DNA of 63,785 bases, filler included, from Octopus bimaculoides (Eukaryota): NCBI RefSeq assembly GCF_001194135.2. It is 5 parts of 5 records of this genome, joined end to end, with 100 filler letters (N's around TTAATTAATTAA, not from the genome) between each part and the next. Parts side by side here need not be neighbours in the genome. Positions count along the whole stretch, not along the records: positions 47,533 to 57,499 come from NC_068992.1; positions 57,600 to 62,297 come from NC_068984.1; positions 62,398 to 63,785 come from NW_026343504.1; 2 more parts are not named here. One strand, 5' to 3'. The notes under the pieces were generated by a model. That model searched no databases and was not told where the DNA came from. It saw nothing but the letters and a program-made list of their open reading frames with translations. This document shows positions 49,910 through 63,785 of this stretch, in pieces. How positions within the stretch are numbered: position 1 is the stretch's first letter; the number at the start of each line of letters is the position of its first letter. The position numbers were made by a program, and so were the translations under genes.

Positions 49910-49917
49910 ACACACAT
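49829..49917. repeat. (CA)n microsatellite
   Basis: Long, near-perfect CA run. Confidence 0.95.
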
Positions 49918-50337
49918 ATATATGATACTAGAGACATGAAACAACTTCCTCGCAAAATTTTGATTGCGAGCACAAATTGTAAATCAATATCTTTCTGCAT
50001 TAGATACAACAAATAATATTCATGTGTCACTCAAGATGCTTACGTGAAGATCTTCACCTCTAGTCATTCTTATTATATGGTGCACTGAGTTACGAACTGC
50101 ATAACAATGATGAATCTAATACTAACTTGTAAATCAACAGCTTTATACAGCGTATTGGATTGTGGTAGTCTTACAGGCAATCGCCATGTCTCACTTACAC
50201 TACAGTATATGTATGTATGTATGCATGCAAAGTGGTAGGTTAGTAGAAAGGTAAGTAGGCGAGTAGCTATGCGTCTATGGATGTATGAGTATCTGTATGT
50301 ATATAAGTGTGTATGTCCGTGTGTGTGTTGTATGTAT

Positions 50338-50372
<35 letters not shown>

Positions 50373-50729
50373 AAGAGAGAGAGAGAGAGAGGGGGGGGAG
50401 AAAGAGAGAGAGAGAAAGATAATGATGCAAATAAACACACACGTTTGGGTTTGATATATCAGATGAACATTCGTGTAGAAGTATATAAACATTTTTATAT
50501 TTACAGAAGAAATTTGCATGAAGTAGATCAATACAGAAAACTAAGGGGAGAGGGAATGGTATTTCAGCTCTGACAGCTGTTTCTGTGGGGTCAGTATCAT
50601 ACAATGGCTATACTGTTGTCTGAGGAGAGAGCAAAAAGTTAAGGATATGCAGCCAGTAGTGAATGCATATAAAATATTTTCGTAAATCTGACCTCCGGCG
50701 TCAGCGTGGAGTGACTGAAATTTTGCATT

Positions 50730-51780
50730 TCAGATCATAATTCACGGAATTTATGGTTAGAATGAATGAAGAACACAAATAGGAGCAGGTCGAAGGAGCA
50801 AATATGCAATTCATAAGGGAAGGGAACGTTGAGGTAGAGGAAGAACAAGAAGATATAGAAGCGATAGAGTATGGAGAGTGTATGAGTCACCGGGCGATTG
50901 GGAGAATTAGAAGCCGTGGGCCGAGAGATGATAGATAAGTAATCACGATATGTTGCTAGCACGGCTAAGTTGTAAATTCAGGTTCTTTCCTAGTTAGGGG
51001 TATCATATAAACTTTACGTATCGTGCAAACGATGAACAAATCTTGTGTTTACATGAAAGGATTACATCTAAGAATCTACTCTGAGTAATGAAGGGTTATG
51101 GTGACAGAACATTGCGAGTGATTCCCTTAGACACAATTTAAAAACACCGAGATTGGTTTTGTAGAGGGGAACATCACAGATAATGGACCAGAATAGGGTA
51201 TAGAGAATACTTTCTGACCTAAGGCTGTATACGTAAATAGCTAAAGGTGTAGGTATTTTAGAGGTTCGTTTGGAGAAAGAATTCATTTGTACTAGGTAGT
51301 GGCGTTTGAAATCGCCTCTGCCACTAATGTAGACACTCGCCTGGTGTGAGTTTGGTGTTATTACATTATTGCATAAACAGAAACCTCTGAGAGGCTAGGA
51401 TTAGGATATTCCTACCAACTCTGGAGTTGGAATTGTTACATTTGGAGTTATGGCTCGCATAATCATTAACCATCAAATAATTACGTTTGGTGTTGGACTG
51501 TGGGGTTGCAATACTATTATATGTGCTCATGTTGGTGGTAGTATGGGAAGTAGTAATACGATTGGTATTATTCACTCATGCAGGGTTTTAAAAGTTTGTA
51601 TTGCTGTTATTTGGTGGGTTTGGGTGGAGATCAGGGGGATAGATTATAAGATCTACAAAGAATGCTGCATGTATTAGAGGCAATTAGAAATTCTAAGTTA
51701 GATGTGGTGGAGTCGGAAATTGTAATAGAAGATTAGCTGAAGAATGGGTAATATTTATGTTGTGGTTGGAAATTGGAGTT
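50730..51780 (-). mobile_element. Possible decayed Penelope-like element
   Basis: Broken minus-strand frames with weak resemblance to the Penelope GIY-YIG region and a pyrimidine-rich tail; no clean motif. Confidence 0.3.
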
Positions 51781-52689
51781 TTGAATTTTAAGAAAAAGCT
51801 TAAGTAGGAATTTAATTAAAGGGAGAAAGATGCTAACCATAATATCTTCCGCTTCCTGTCGTTGAAGGGTTTAGAGAGTGGTGATATAATGGGCTTGAAG
51901 TCATTACACCATCAAAGTAGCCGGAGGGGCGGGTGAGCGAGTGAAGGTGGAGGGAATAAACTGCAGAGTAATGGAGCGTGGATGTGTGGAAAAATGATAT
52001 ATGTATATAGATATATATACATACATATATATAGGTGTGTGTGTATGTGAGTATGTCTTTGCGTTTTCCCCTTAACTTAGCGTTTCGGCAAAAGACAGTG
52101 AGATAATAAGTACTGAAGTTACTTTGTTCGACTAAAATTTCGTGTAATATCATTATGTAGACTACCGACGAAAATGTGACCTTAGCAGAGATGCTACTTC
52201 TAATAATATTACGTTATACGTACCAACAAATTAAAATACATTAGCATATTGCAGGCGTTTATTTTAAGTTGTTAATTCTAGTTTACAGTAAATAATTTCT
52301 TTTAATTATAGTTTCAAATTTAGTAGAACTACGCGGTGTTAAACACCTACAACCAATAGAAAAATTACTCTTTTATTAAAATGTGTTTGCAACTCAGAAG
52401 TCTGTGTCATTTGGCTTTTCTGCGCTAAATTTAATATTACGTTTTGGATAGTGTTATACGTAAGAAAAATATGTCTAATTAACATTCCTTTTGTAATTTG
52501 AAAAATTATTATCCCTGCATAAATTGCGTCATATTACTGGTATTCAAAGTAACTCGTCGAGGCGGCAGAATCGTTAGAACGAGTTTAGTGTTATTGACAT
52601 GATTTCAAATTTTAGTTTAATGTTGTTGCCAAAAAGAGGTTTTGTAGTAGCAGAAAAATTGATCAGCTTACAAATTATGAAGTATATAT

Positions 52690-53010
52690 ATATATAAATT
52701 AACGTGCAAGTGGCTGAGCAGTCCACAGACACGTGTACCCTTAACGTAGTTCTTGGGGAGATTCAGCGTGACACAGAGGGTGACAAGGCTGGCCCTTTGA
52801 AATAAGGGTTGAACAGAAGCAGGAAGAAAGAATGAGAGAAAGTTGTAGTGAATGAGTACAGCAGGGTCCGCCACCACACACTGCTGGAGCCTCGTGGAAC
52901 TTTAGGTGATTCCGCTCAATAAACACTCACAACACCCGGTCTGGGAATCAAAACCACGATCCTATGACCGCGAGTCCGCTGCCCTAACCATTGGGCCATT
53001 GCGCCTCCAC
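52690..53010 (-). mobile_element. tRNA-derived SINE (Arg-like head)
   Basis: Minus strand ggaggcgcaatggcccaatggttagggcagcggactcgcggtcataggatcgtggttttgattcccagacc (A and B boxes); the body is shared with 28515-28740. Confidence 0.75.
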
Positions 53011-55899
53011 ATTTATATAATATTACTATGTAGATTAACGACGATAATGTTACATTAAGAGAGTGTTGCTTCTAACAACATTATGTCACACCTACGCGCC
53101 AAATAAGATAGATTATTTTCATGAAGATGTTAATTCTAAGTTGTTAATTCTAGCTTTCCAGAGAATAATTATTCTTTTTAATTACAGTTTTAATTTTCGT
53201 AAAACTACGGGAAATTAAACTTCCCACAACTGAAATAAGAATTAATCGTCGCTTAAATATAGTGCAATTCGAATGTCAGTGTAATTTTTTTCTGTGCTAA
53301 TTTTTATATATCTTCGAAAGTGTGCATAGCTTTAAAAATGTTACGTTCCTTTGGTACGTTGAAAAATTTCTCTACATAAATTGCATCATATGTAAATTCA
53401 AAACAACACGTCGACTTGGCAGAATCGTTAAAACGCTAGGCAAAATGGTTAACATCATTTTATCTGTCTCTGAGTTCAAGTTCCTTCGAGATCAACTTTG
53501 CTTCTCGTGCTTTTGTGGTCGATAGACAGGTACAATTAAAGCACAGTAATCGACGTTCCTCCTCCCGAGATTGTTCGGCGTTTTCTGAGATTTGAAACTA
53601 ATATGAAAATTCAAATCCATTTATGCTTTGCTAATCGGGCGGTGATGAATTTTCGATGTATTGTGTTATATTCGCAATTTTTACTACTGCATTATCTCAT
53701 TTATTTAATTATCGTGGAATATTAATTTATAATCATTGTCTAATATAATATTCAAATTGTCGAATAAATATTCATATATTTAAAAATATAAAACTTTAGT
53801 GAATCTCTTAGACTACCATTTGTATTTTGACTTTCAGAACCATAACGACATTACACAATGCACCCCAGATTCGCGCTTATATGGTTGAAATACAGTGTTT
53901 CTAAGGTATTATTTAACACCAAATATGTAAAGAATTTTATCTAAAAGAATAAACCCTTCTAGAAATTTACATGGCGAGAAAATATAATATATAAGTTTGT
54001 AATTACGATTAACAGGATAGTTCAAGACATTTCAACGTTTCACAAGTTTATGAACATCACAAGTACATGAAACAAATTGCTTTACATATCTTCCAACTAG
54101 CAAATCATTTACAATCTCTATTTTTTTAATCATACATTTATATAACAGCTGCTTGTTGTTTATCACTAAATACGAAAAAAAAAAAAGCTACTATTATATC
54201 AGTTTTTTGCTTCCATCAGGATGTCCAAATATGATGGTTACGTAAACGAAAATAATAAAGCTTCAATATTCTGAGTGTTTGTGTCAGCTCCGATTTATAT
54301 ATTTCTAATAATAAATCTACTGTGGTAGATTGAACGTAACGGGTATCTAATTGTGAAATACTTTATTGTTGCGAGTTTTTGTTTCTCTTAGAACGTATAT
54401 ACCAGTTCAGCTTTACTTTATTTCTGAACTAAAATATAACAATACTTCATCTCATCACAAGGTTTTGTTTCTGTAGCGTGTGAGATTAATCAGATTTGTC
54501 AGATGTCTGCAGTTATTTTAGTCAATTGCTGTAAATCTGAGAAATGAGCTTTTCCAATATCTAATTATATACTTTACTATCTGAATTTATTGAGGATTCA
54601 TACTTACAATATTAGGCTTATATATCATTTGACCCGACCGTAATAATCGAAGTTATTTCCAATATAGAATATATCTTCTATTTCTGAAAACGGAGTCATT
54701 TCCTTAAAATTTGATTGTTATTATTGCACGAAACCCTTACGTCAATGGCCATAACTGAATTATAATTTACACCTACGAAGATATCAAGCCAACGAATATG
54801 TTGGATAGATAACACAGATAATGTTAGGTTTCGTTATTTCATGCTGAAAGTTGTTCTCTATCAAGAGGAAGACGCTTCTAAACGTTTAAGACCAGTAAAA
54901 TATAATATCTATAACTATGGATATTTGGGAACAATGAAGAGGCGGCAGGCCAATATGTTTGGTAATATGATATTTGCCAGAGCTGACGTTGGGATGAACT
55001 ATAATCTGTGACAACAGTGATTGATGAGTATCGTCATTATAGCAAACCCAAATGTTCCAGAGTTAAAATGGAGGATTGAGAGAGAGAGAGAGAGAGGGAG
55101 AGAGAGAGAGAGAGAGAGAGNNNNNNNNNNNNNNNNNNNNNNNNNNNNNNNNNNNNNNNNNNNNNNNNNNNNNNNNNNNNNNNNNNNNNNNNNNNNNNNN
55201 NNNNNNNNNNNNNNNNNNNNNNNNNNNNNNNNNNNNNNNNNNNNNNNNNNNNNNNNNNNNNNNNNNNNNNNNNNNNNNNNNNNNNNNNNNNNNNNNNNNN
55301 NNNNNNNNNNNNNNNNNNNNNNNNNNNNNNNNNNNNNNNNNNNNNNNNNNNNNNNNNNNNNNNNNNNNNNNNNNNNNNNNNNNNNNNNNNNNNNNNNNNN
55401 NNNNNNNNNNNNNNNNNNNNNNNNNNNNNNNNNNNNNNNNNNNNNNNNNNNNNNNNNNNNNNNNNNNNNNNNNNNNNNNNNNNNNNNNNNNNNNNNNNNN
55501 NNNNNNNNNNNNNNNNNNNNNNNNNNNNNNNNNNNNNNNNNNNNNNNNNNNNNNNNNNNNNNNNNNNNNNNNNNNNNNNNNNNNNNNNNNNNNNNNNNNN
55601 NNNNNNNNNNNNNNNNNNNNNNNNNNNNNNNNNNNNNNNNNNNNNNNNNNNNNNNNNNNNNNNNNNNNNNNNNNNNNNNNNNNNNNNNNNNNNNNNNNNN
55701 NNNNNNNNNNNNNNNNNNNNNNNNNNNNNNNNNNNATATGTATATAGAGACAGAGAGAGAGAGAGAGAGGGAGTGAGAGAAAGAGTGAGAGATAGAGAGA
55801 CAGAGTGAGAGAGAGAGGGAGAGATGCAAGCATATGTGTGCGTATGTGTATTCGTGTGCGTGCATGTGTATGTAATATATACATATATGTATATAAAAC

Positions 55900-56060
55900 C
55901 AGAGACTGACAACAACATTGAAGCAAGAAGATCAGATATGATTATGGAGCACAAAAGTATCACTGTAAAGTCATATATTTAAAATCATATGCTATAAGTG
56001 TGAAATCATATATTCTGATAACCGAGGAGATACCAAAGAAATTTGATAAAAAAAAAAGTG
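55900..56060 (+). mobile_element. Possible very degraded RLE-clade retrotransposon fragment
   Basis: ETDNNIEARRSDMIMEHK resembles the QTD..IE.RRPDI motif seen at 40095-40595. Confidence 0.3.
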
Positions 56061-56195
56061 AGAAATATCAGGTCCTAAGCATAGTGCTGAATAGATTGTA
56101 GAACACTAAAACAACATTTGTACATGTAGGTAATTGCTGCACTTGGTTTAACTCTTAAAAGAAAGCGGAACTGAGACTCACATTATCGACGTGCA

Positions 56196-56233
<38 letters not shown>

Positions 56234-58237
56234 ATTCTATATTTCGCACGAGTCTTATGAATCATACTTGTGGTTTGAGGAGACTTGTCAACAAATCGCG
56301 AGCTACAGTTGCTGCTACTTAGATTAGTATGTAATAGATTAATGATGATGATGATGATGATGATGATGACGACGATGACGACGACGACGACGATGATGAT
56401 GATGATGAATGTTCTCTCTACTATTGTCGCAAGGTCTGAAATTTCGGAGGAGATAGCTAAGCGATTACATTGTCACCAATGCTCGACTGGTAATTATTTT
56501 ATTGACTCGAAAGGATAAAAGCGAAGTTGGAAATCAGCAAAATTTCAACTCAGAATGTAAAGTCAGAAAAAAATACCGCAACACATTTTGTCCAACACGA
56601 TTTTGCTTAATAATGATAATAGAATGAGAGATCTAACTAAAATTATATAGAAATCCTTTATATATTTGAGAATGTTTGTATTTTTTTCACCTATTCCTTA
56701 TCCACTTTCTTCATTATGTGATCATCACACCTGCTCCGCTGCCACCGATTTGTTAAGAATTCCTGTTTTAGTATTTAGTATTTTACATTTTAATCTTAAT
56801 TGAAATTATTACCATTGTCAAACATCTATTTCTGCTTCTCTCTTTTCCCCACTATTTACTTTGTATTTGCCTGTTAAAGTCGTGATTTCAGCATTACGGA
56901 CACGAAGAAATGTTTCCTTGTATGTGCGCTTTGCTATAACAGTTACTTCATTATTAATAATGGCATGAAATAAGATGTCACACAGCATTCCCTGCTGCCA
57001 TTTGCAGAAGTGTTCCAAGGGCACCTGAGACAGATGAGAAGCGAGAATAATGACGGCAAACTGATGCTTCCAGGAATGGAAATCACAGAAGAGTTGTCAT
57101 TAACGGCAAAGATGAGGCTTGCTGTGAACAACACACAGTTACTAAACCTGTTGCTACCAATCAACTAGAGGTGCCTGCTGCAGAATAGTGTTGCCTTCAA
57201 CAAGTTTCTCTCAAACAGGCTACGCATTCATAACCTGAAACTATACAGAATGCCAGACCAGACAGAAATATATAGGGACACAACAAAAGCATAGCTGACC
57301 ATCGGTCATGACAACATCAGGTGCTGAAGAGACGCAAGGTGAAACGTCAAAAGAGAAATGAGTAAGCTTCTGAAAAATAGTTTCATTTGGCTCACTGTCT
57401 GCAATGTGTGATTGCTTCAATTCCTTCTCAAAGAAGAACCTCGGTAAAAGCAACTGTATATATACGTACATATACGGGTAAACATACACACATACGTATN
57501 NNNNNNNNNNNNNNNNNNNNNNNNNNNNNNNNNNNNNNNNNNNTTAATTAATTAANNNNNNNNNNNNNNNNNNNNNNNNNNNNNNNNNNNNNNNNNNNNT
57601 ATATATAATTTGTATGCATGAATGTATTGTATGCACATAGAAAGAACAGGAAGGGAGTCAAGTGTAAACACTCATGCTGTTTCTTCTTCGTCTAAACTGA
57701 ATTCACTCTGTGTATATTGGACACCTGTAAGATAACAAGCTGAGATGACAATAGCAAAGTGTGAAAGACGTATGGAGAGTGCTAAAGTGTAAGACATGTA
57801 ATCAAATAAATAGATCGATCAGAAGACAGACAGATAGTTTGAGAGAAAGAGAGAGAGGGTGAGAGAGAGCGGGTGAGAGAGAGCGGGTGAGAGAGAGAGA
57901 GAGGGTAGTGGAGAAATGAATAGGTAGGTAGATAAATACATACATACATACATACATACATACATACGTGCAAACATACTGACAGAGGGACATGCATACA
58001 TACAGGGAGAGGAAGCGGAGAAAACCATTTCTTGCTGGATTATCTAGATATTTTTTTTTTATATAATTACGAGAACACACATACATAGATAGGTATACGC
58101 ATATGTTGATGCATACACGGATACATACACACACACATATATATGTATACATGTATATATATATATACATATATGTATATATGCATGTGTGTGTATGCAT
58201 ATTTATATGTTCATAAATAGGTATGAATATACATATA

Positions 58238-58285
<48 letters not shown>

Positions 58286-58292
58286 TGTATGC

Positions 58293-58327
<35 letters not shown>

Positions 58328-58577
58328 NNNNNNNNNNNNNNNNNNNNNNNNNNNNNNNNNNNNNNNNNNNNNNNNNNNNNNNNNNNNNNNNNNNNNNNNN
58401 NNNNNNNNNNNNNNNNNNNNNNNNNNNNNNNNNNNNNNNNNNNNNNNNNNNNNNNNNNNNNNNNNNNNNNNNNNNNNNNNNNNNNNNNNNNNNNNNNNNN
58501 NNNNNNNNNNNNNNNNNNNNNNNNNNNNNNNNNNNNNNNNNNNNNNNNNNNNNNNNNNNNNNNNNNNNNNNNNNNNN

Positions 58578-58631
<54 letters not shown>

Positions 58632-58884
58632 TGAACGTTTTAATATTATATCCATCGGCATATACGTACGCAGGTATAAATATGTCTACACACGCACACA
58701 CACACATACACACACACACATGCGCACACACACATGCACACACACACACACACACGCATGCATAAATATATGAATACATACATACATTTACATATCTACG
58801 TTCATATGTATATGGAATTGTGCTTGGGGGATGTGCCTTTTTGTATATTTTTATGTGTATGTAAGAGATAGAGAGGGATAAAGA

Positions 58885-58945
<61 letters not shown>

Positions 58946-59312
58946 CGCGTGTGTGTGTGTGTGCGTGTGGAGAATGTGATCGAGAACGATGGTTAAACTT
59001 ACAAACTCTTACGATAAACGTTGTTAAACAGTTCATAATTCATTAATTGTTACTAAGCATTTCTAAGTGAACACTTGGTCAATTATTCGATAACCACCAT
59101 ATAGAAATAATATCCACATTAACGTAATTAAAATGATAATTCTCTTTTTTTCCTCCTCTCCCTCTCCTCTTCTCTCTCACACGCCCTCTCCTTCCTCCTC
59201 ACTTTCTTTGCCTGCCTCTACCTGTCTTTTTGTCTCTCCACCTTTCCCAATTTTCTCCGTCTATACATCTTTGACATAGATAAATGTATGTATGATTGTG
59301 TGAAAGAAATGC

Positions 59313-59377
<65 letters not shown>

Positions 59378-61219
59378 GTGTATCTATCTATCTATCTATC
59401 TATATATATATATATATATATTGGTTTCAAATTTTAGCACAAAGCCAGCAATTTGGGGGGAAAGGTGTATGCTGATTACATCGATTCTAGTGTTTAACTG
59501 GTACTTATTTCATAAAACCTGAAAGGGTGATAGGCAAAATGAACCTCAGCAGAATTTGAACAATCTGTGAGATGACATGGCTGACAAAGGGCTTCATACC
59601 AGCTCACTGTCAAGGGATGTTTTTCCGTCTAAGTGCACTGTATTCCAAGCCAACGCGCAGAAAACGTTGACAGGATATGGACCATTTGACTAAAACTAGT
59701 GAGAAAAATAGTCAGACAAAACTGGAGCCAGATACAACAGTCAAGCAGTAATATGTAACAGAGGCAATGTACACGTCCGCCTTCTCTGTCCGACCACAGA
59801 TATAGCTTTCTATTTCTAGATGAGATTAACTCCCGTCCCAGTTACTATCAATCTGGAGATCCGGATCAAGCAAAATACTAAATGTTGCTACAGTGCCACA
59901 AAACTGTCCAATGGCATGGACTTTTCTCTCAGGTGTTAATATGCATACCTACAGACTTGTTACGGTTATTTATTTATTTATTTATTTTACTCTTTTCACC
60001 ATTGGTATATCTTTGAACGGTACCGACAACCTCGAGGTTCATGATGGCTGATACAACCCTCTCGAGTCCTAACTGAAAGAGAATGCCTTTCAACTAATAT
60101 TTCATGTTACTGCAGCAGTAGCTCACGAATCAGCACATACAGACGTGGGCAAAGGCCTGGAAGGTTCTTTTGAAAATCGAAATTGTTTTGCTTAAGTATA
60201 ATTCGATTGAAACGTAGATATATACATACCTAATAATTTTCAGATCTATGTTCCAAACATTTTGCCAAGTAAATAATATATTGGGAATTAAACATAATTT
60301 GGGGAATTTAATATAAAAATTCTAATTTTCAAACTTTTGGCTACGACTGTACAAAAGAGAGGAAAGAGAACGCTTTTGATGGACCGAACGAAAAATTTTA
60401 AACCGATCAACCAAGCTGCCATTTTGTCAGACACTAAGTAGATACCATTGGATATTGAAATATACAACCTCTGAAAATGGCATGACCCCTGGCTTAAAAA
60501 AATAGTTATAAGTGATTCTGGCGACCGCTTTCGATTGACCCAAATTCATTAAAAACAACTCCGAGGCCCGGTTTGTTACCACCTTTTTCTAGACTGAATC
60601 ACGAAATGAGTAGATTTTCTTTTTGTCGTGCAAGTCTGTGTCCTTCCGACCGTACTACCCAAACGTCAAGCGCCAACATCTTCTAGTCAAAACCTTAAAT
60701 TTTGTATTCAATAATGTCAAAGGTCAAAGATTATTGATAACGTTACCCTATTTCGTGTCATTCATCAGCAATACTATCATTCTGTAACAAACTGAACTGT
60801 GGAATCTCCCGTGCTGCTGACAGGTATAGCTGTCTGCTGAGATATTGGGGAACAAGAGTGTTAAGGGCTTTATCGGTTTTCATCGCAGCGGCACGCATCT
60901 TCTGCCAAGATATGTCACGTCTGTAAAAATGATAGGATGGTCACGGCTACAAATGCAAATACTTTTATTTTTTTAATCGAAGATATACTCGATCAGTGTG
61001 GAGAAGATGGTAACATGCTCTGAAATGTTGGACGCTGGAGTGTCCAGCACTATACGGACACTTACAATATTGGAGAGTCCAGTACAGATTGATGCAAGAT
61101 AAACCAAGTTTATAAAGTGAAGCGAGGGGGTTAATACTATTGGGGATCGATCTATGAAAACTGAAATACTAGACACTTAATATAATCGATGTAGAAACAC
61201 TTACTCGAAATCATCATCG

Positions 61220-61277
<58 letters not shown>

Positions 61278-61816
61278 NNNNNNNNNNNNNNNNNNNNNNN
61301 NNNNNNNNNNNNNNNNNNNNNNNNNNNNNNNNNNNNNNNNNNNNNNNNNNNNNNNNNNNNNNNNNNNNNNNNNNNNNNNNNNNNNNNNNNNNNNNNNNNN
61401 NNNNNNNNNNNNNNNNNNNNNNNNNNNNNNNNNNNNNNNNNNNNNNNNNNNNNNNNNNNNNNNNNNNNNNNNNNNNNNNNNNNNNNNNNNNNNNNNNNNN
61501 NNNNNNNNNNNNNNNNNNNNNNNNNNNNNNNNNNNNNNNNNNNNNNNNNNNNNNNNNNNNNNNNNNNNNNNNNNNNNNNNNNNNNNNNNNNNNNNNNNNN
61601 NNNNNNNNNNNNNNNNNNNNNNNNNNNNNNNNNNNNNNNNNNNNNNNNNNNNNNNNNNNNNNNNNNNNNNNNNNNNNNNNNNNNNNNNNNNNNNNNNNNN
61701 NNNNNNNNNNNNNNNNNNNNNNNNNNNNNNNNNNNNNNNNNNNNNNNNNNNNNNNNNNNNNNNNNNNNNNNNNNNNNNNNNNNNNNNNNNNNNNNNNNNN
61801 NNNNNNNNNNNNNNNN

Positions 61817-61848
<32 letters not shown>

Positions 61849-62261
61849 GCATATATATAAATATAAGTATGTATGTATATATATACGTGGGCTTGAGAGT
61901 GTGTATTATGTATGTATATGCGCATTGTCCAGAAAGCGAAAGAAACAGTGAGACGCATACAGAAACACAAACAGATAGGCAGACAATGTGATTTGGCTGC
62001 TGTGAAACCATATGAACCCTACCCAAAACAAGACAGAGATCAATAATTACACTTATATGACCAACTACTTAACATCGTGTTTTCTGTGTATTGATCTGTT
62101 AAATAGGTGTAGTAATTGGTTTAAAGTACAGTTGCTAATTGTTAGGAGATATAGAGTTATAGGAAGAACATATTAAATTATATGTATGTACTTACGTATG
62201 CATATTTATCTATGCATCTATCTACCTAGCTATCTATCTATCTAATTATTTATTATTTGTG

Positions 62262-62297
<36 letters not shown>

Positions 62298-62894
62298 NNN
62301 NNNNNNNNNNNNNNNNNNNNNNNNNNNNNNNNNNNNNNNNNTTAATTAATTAANNNNNNNNNNNNNNNNNNNNNNNNNNNNNNNNNNNNNNNNNNNNTTT
62401 GTCCCCCAACATCGCTTGACAACCGATGCTGATGTGCTTACGCCCGCGTAACTTAGCAGTTCGGCAAAAGACACCGATAACACAAGTACCAGGCTCACAA
62501 AGAATGAGTCCAAGCCTGGGTTCGATTTGCTCCACTAAAAGCGATGCTTCAACATGGCAGCAGTGAAATGACTGAAACAAATAAGAGAATACAAGAAAAG
62601 AAAAAAAAAACACAGCTGATCAAACGAGTCTACTGAAAGCTCTTCGTCGAGAAAGACGAAGGATCCGACATCTATTTGCTAACTCACTGCTGTTGTTTTA
62701 ATTTCATGTTTCTCTTCTTCTCGCCTCTCCCCATCTTGTTTCTCTCGTTGTCTTTAATATTTACGTTTCTTTCGTTCTTCATCTTTCATGTTTGTTGAAG
62801 TTATTTTTGTAAATTCTCATCTACAGTGACGTTGCTTTTTGCAGCTTCCTCATCTTATACAATGCGGTTTGTTCTTGTTTAGCTGTGTCTTTGT

Positions 62895-63455
62895 TGTTTG
62901 ATGTTGTTGTTGTTGTTGTCGTTGTTATTGTTGTTGTTGTTGTTGCTGGTGTTGGTTGTTTCTTCCGATACTTGCTGCACCTGGTATTATTGATCATGCA
63001 GTTTGGTTTTGTTTTTCTTTTTTTTTTCTTTACTTTTTTTTGTTTTCTTGTTGTTAATGTCACCATTTTGTCTTTTTTTTATTTTAGTCTTGCGGCTTAT
63101 GATGATGATGATGATGATGACGATGTTGCTGCTACTGCTGCTGCTTCTGATGATGATGACAATGATGATGATGACGATGTTGATGATGACGATGATGATG
63201 ATGACGATGATGATGACGATGATGATGATGATGATGATAACGATTATGACGATGATGATGATGACGATGATGACGACGATGACGACGATGATGATGATGA
63301 CGATGATGATGATGACGATGATGANNNNNNNNNNATGATGATGATGATAATGATGATGATGATGGTGATGATGAAGATGATGATGATGAGGGGGAGCAGC
63401 AGGAAGAGGAAGTAGACAGGTGACGACGATGATGACGATGATGATGATGATGATA
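62895..63455. repeat. (GTT)n and (GAT/GAC)n compound microsatellite
   Basis: Direct inspection; source of the poly-D, poly-M and poly-I ORFs. Confidence 0.95.
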
Positions 63456-63742
63456 TTTTGCAAGTGATAATGTACAGGATATACAAGGAGGATAATGGAC
63501 AAATTAAGAAAAAAATGTCCGGGAATCGTAGAATAAATTTTAAAATAACTCCCTCAGAAATACACTGGCAATGTATATATATATAGAAATATAAGTATAT
63601 ATGTGTGTGTGTATGTGTATGTGTGTATGTGTGTGTGTGTGTGTTCGTGTGTACGTGTGTGTGCGCACGTGTGTGCGCGCGTGTGCGCGTGTGTGCGCAC
63701 GTGTGTGCGCGCGTGTGCGCATATGTGTGTATGTATGTATTT

Positions 63743-63785
<43 letters not shown>

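Noticed and set aside
54841-55011. 56-aa ATG-initiated ORF MLKVVLYQEED...
   Set aside because: No recognisable motif or splice context; length expected by chance.
57320-57352. CTGAAGA...GAAACGTC hammerhead-like string
   Set aside because: No stem I complementarity and a poor stem II.
30032-62026. Long ORFs of 150-390 aa in the track
   Set aside because: They are runs of X across N gaps or translations of microsatellites (YIYI, RERE, poly-S/L/D).
1-63785. Prokaryote-type systems (CRISPR arrays, operons, defence loci)
   Set aside because: No regularly spaced repeat-spacer arrays or dense ORFs; the DNA is intron-rich eukaryotic sequence.

Overview
Eukaryotic, AT-rich, repeat- and microsatellite-dense genomic DNA with many N gaps. 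The repeat families and (TA)/(CA)/(GAT) microsatellite load look cephalopod (octopus-like); this is an inference. The window starts and ends in (TA)n and may be a whole draft scaffold. The only gene I can support is a spliced minus-strand HEATR3 orthologue (HEAT-repeat protein 3, Syo1-like), missed by the ORF track. I read nine GT-AG coding exons by hand between 22925 and 3671, and their phases are mutually consistent. One expected exon is absent and probably lies in the N gap at 20372-21300; the 3' half of the gene lies outside the window. The rest is TE debris (mariner, Gypsy, RTE, CR1/L2-like, R4/Dong-like, Penelope-like, piggyBac/hAT MITEs, tRNA-derived SINEs) and microsatellites. Most long ORFs in the track are microsatellite or N artefacts. 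The main second-look items are: (1) a type I minimal hammerhead-ribozyme motif at 47359-47418, plus degenerate relatives; (2) an unexplained three-way-junction fold at 29829-29927; (3) a ~770-bp Penelope fold-back carrying a tRNA-like module in a HEATR3 intron; (4) three symmetric short exons in the HEATR3 linker; (5) a CpG-decay footprint of gene-body methylation; (6) inverted-repeat elements with telomere-like cores. Repeat boundaries are approximate (tens of bp). All alignments to known families are from memory; no database search was run.
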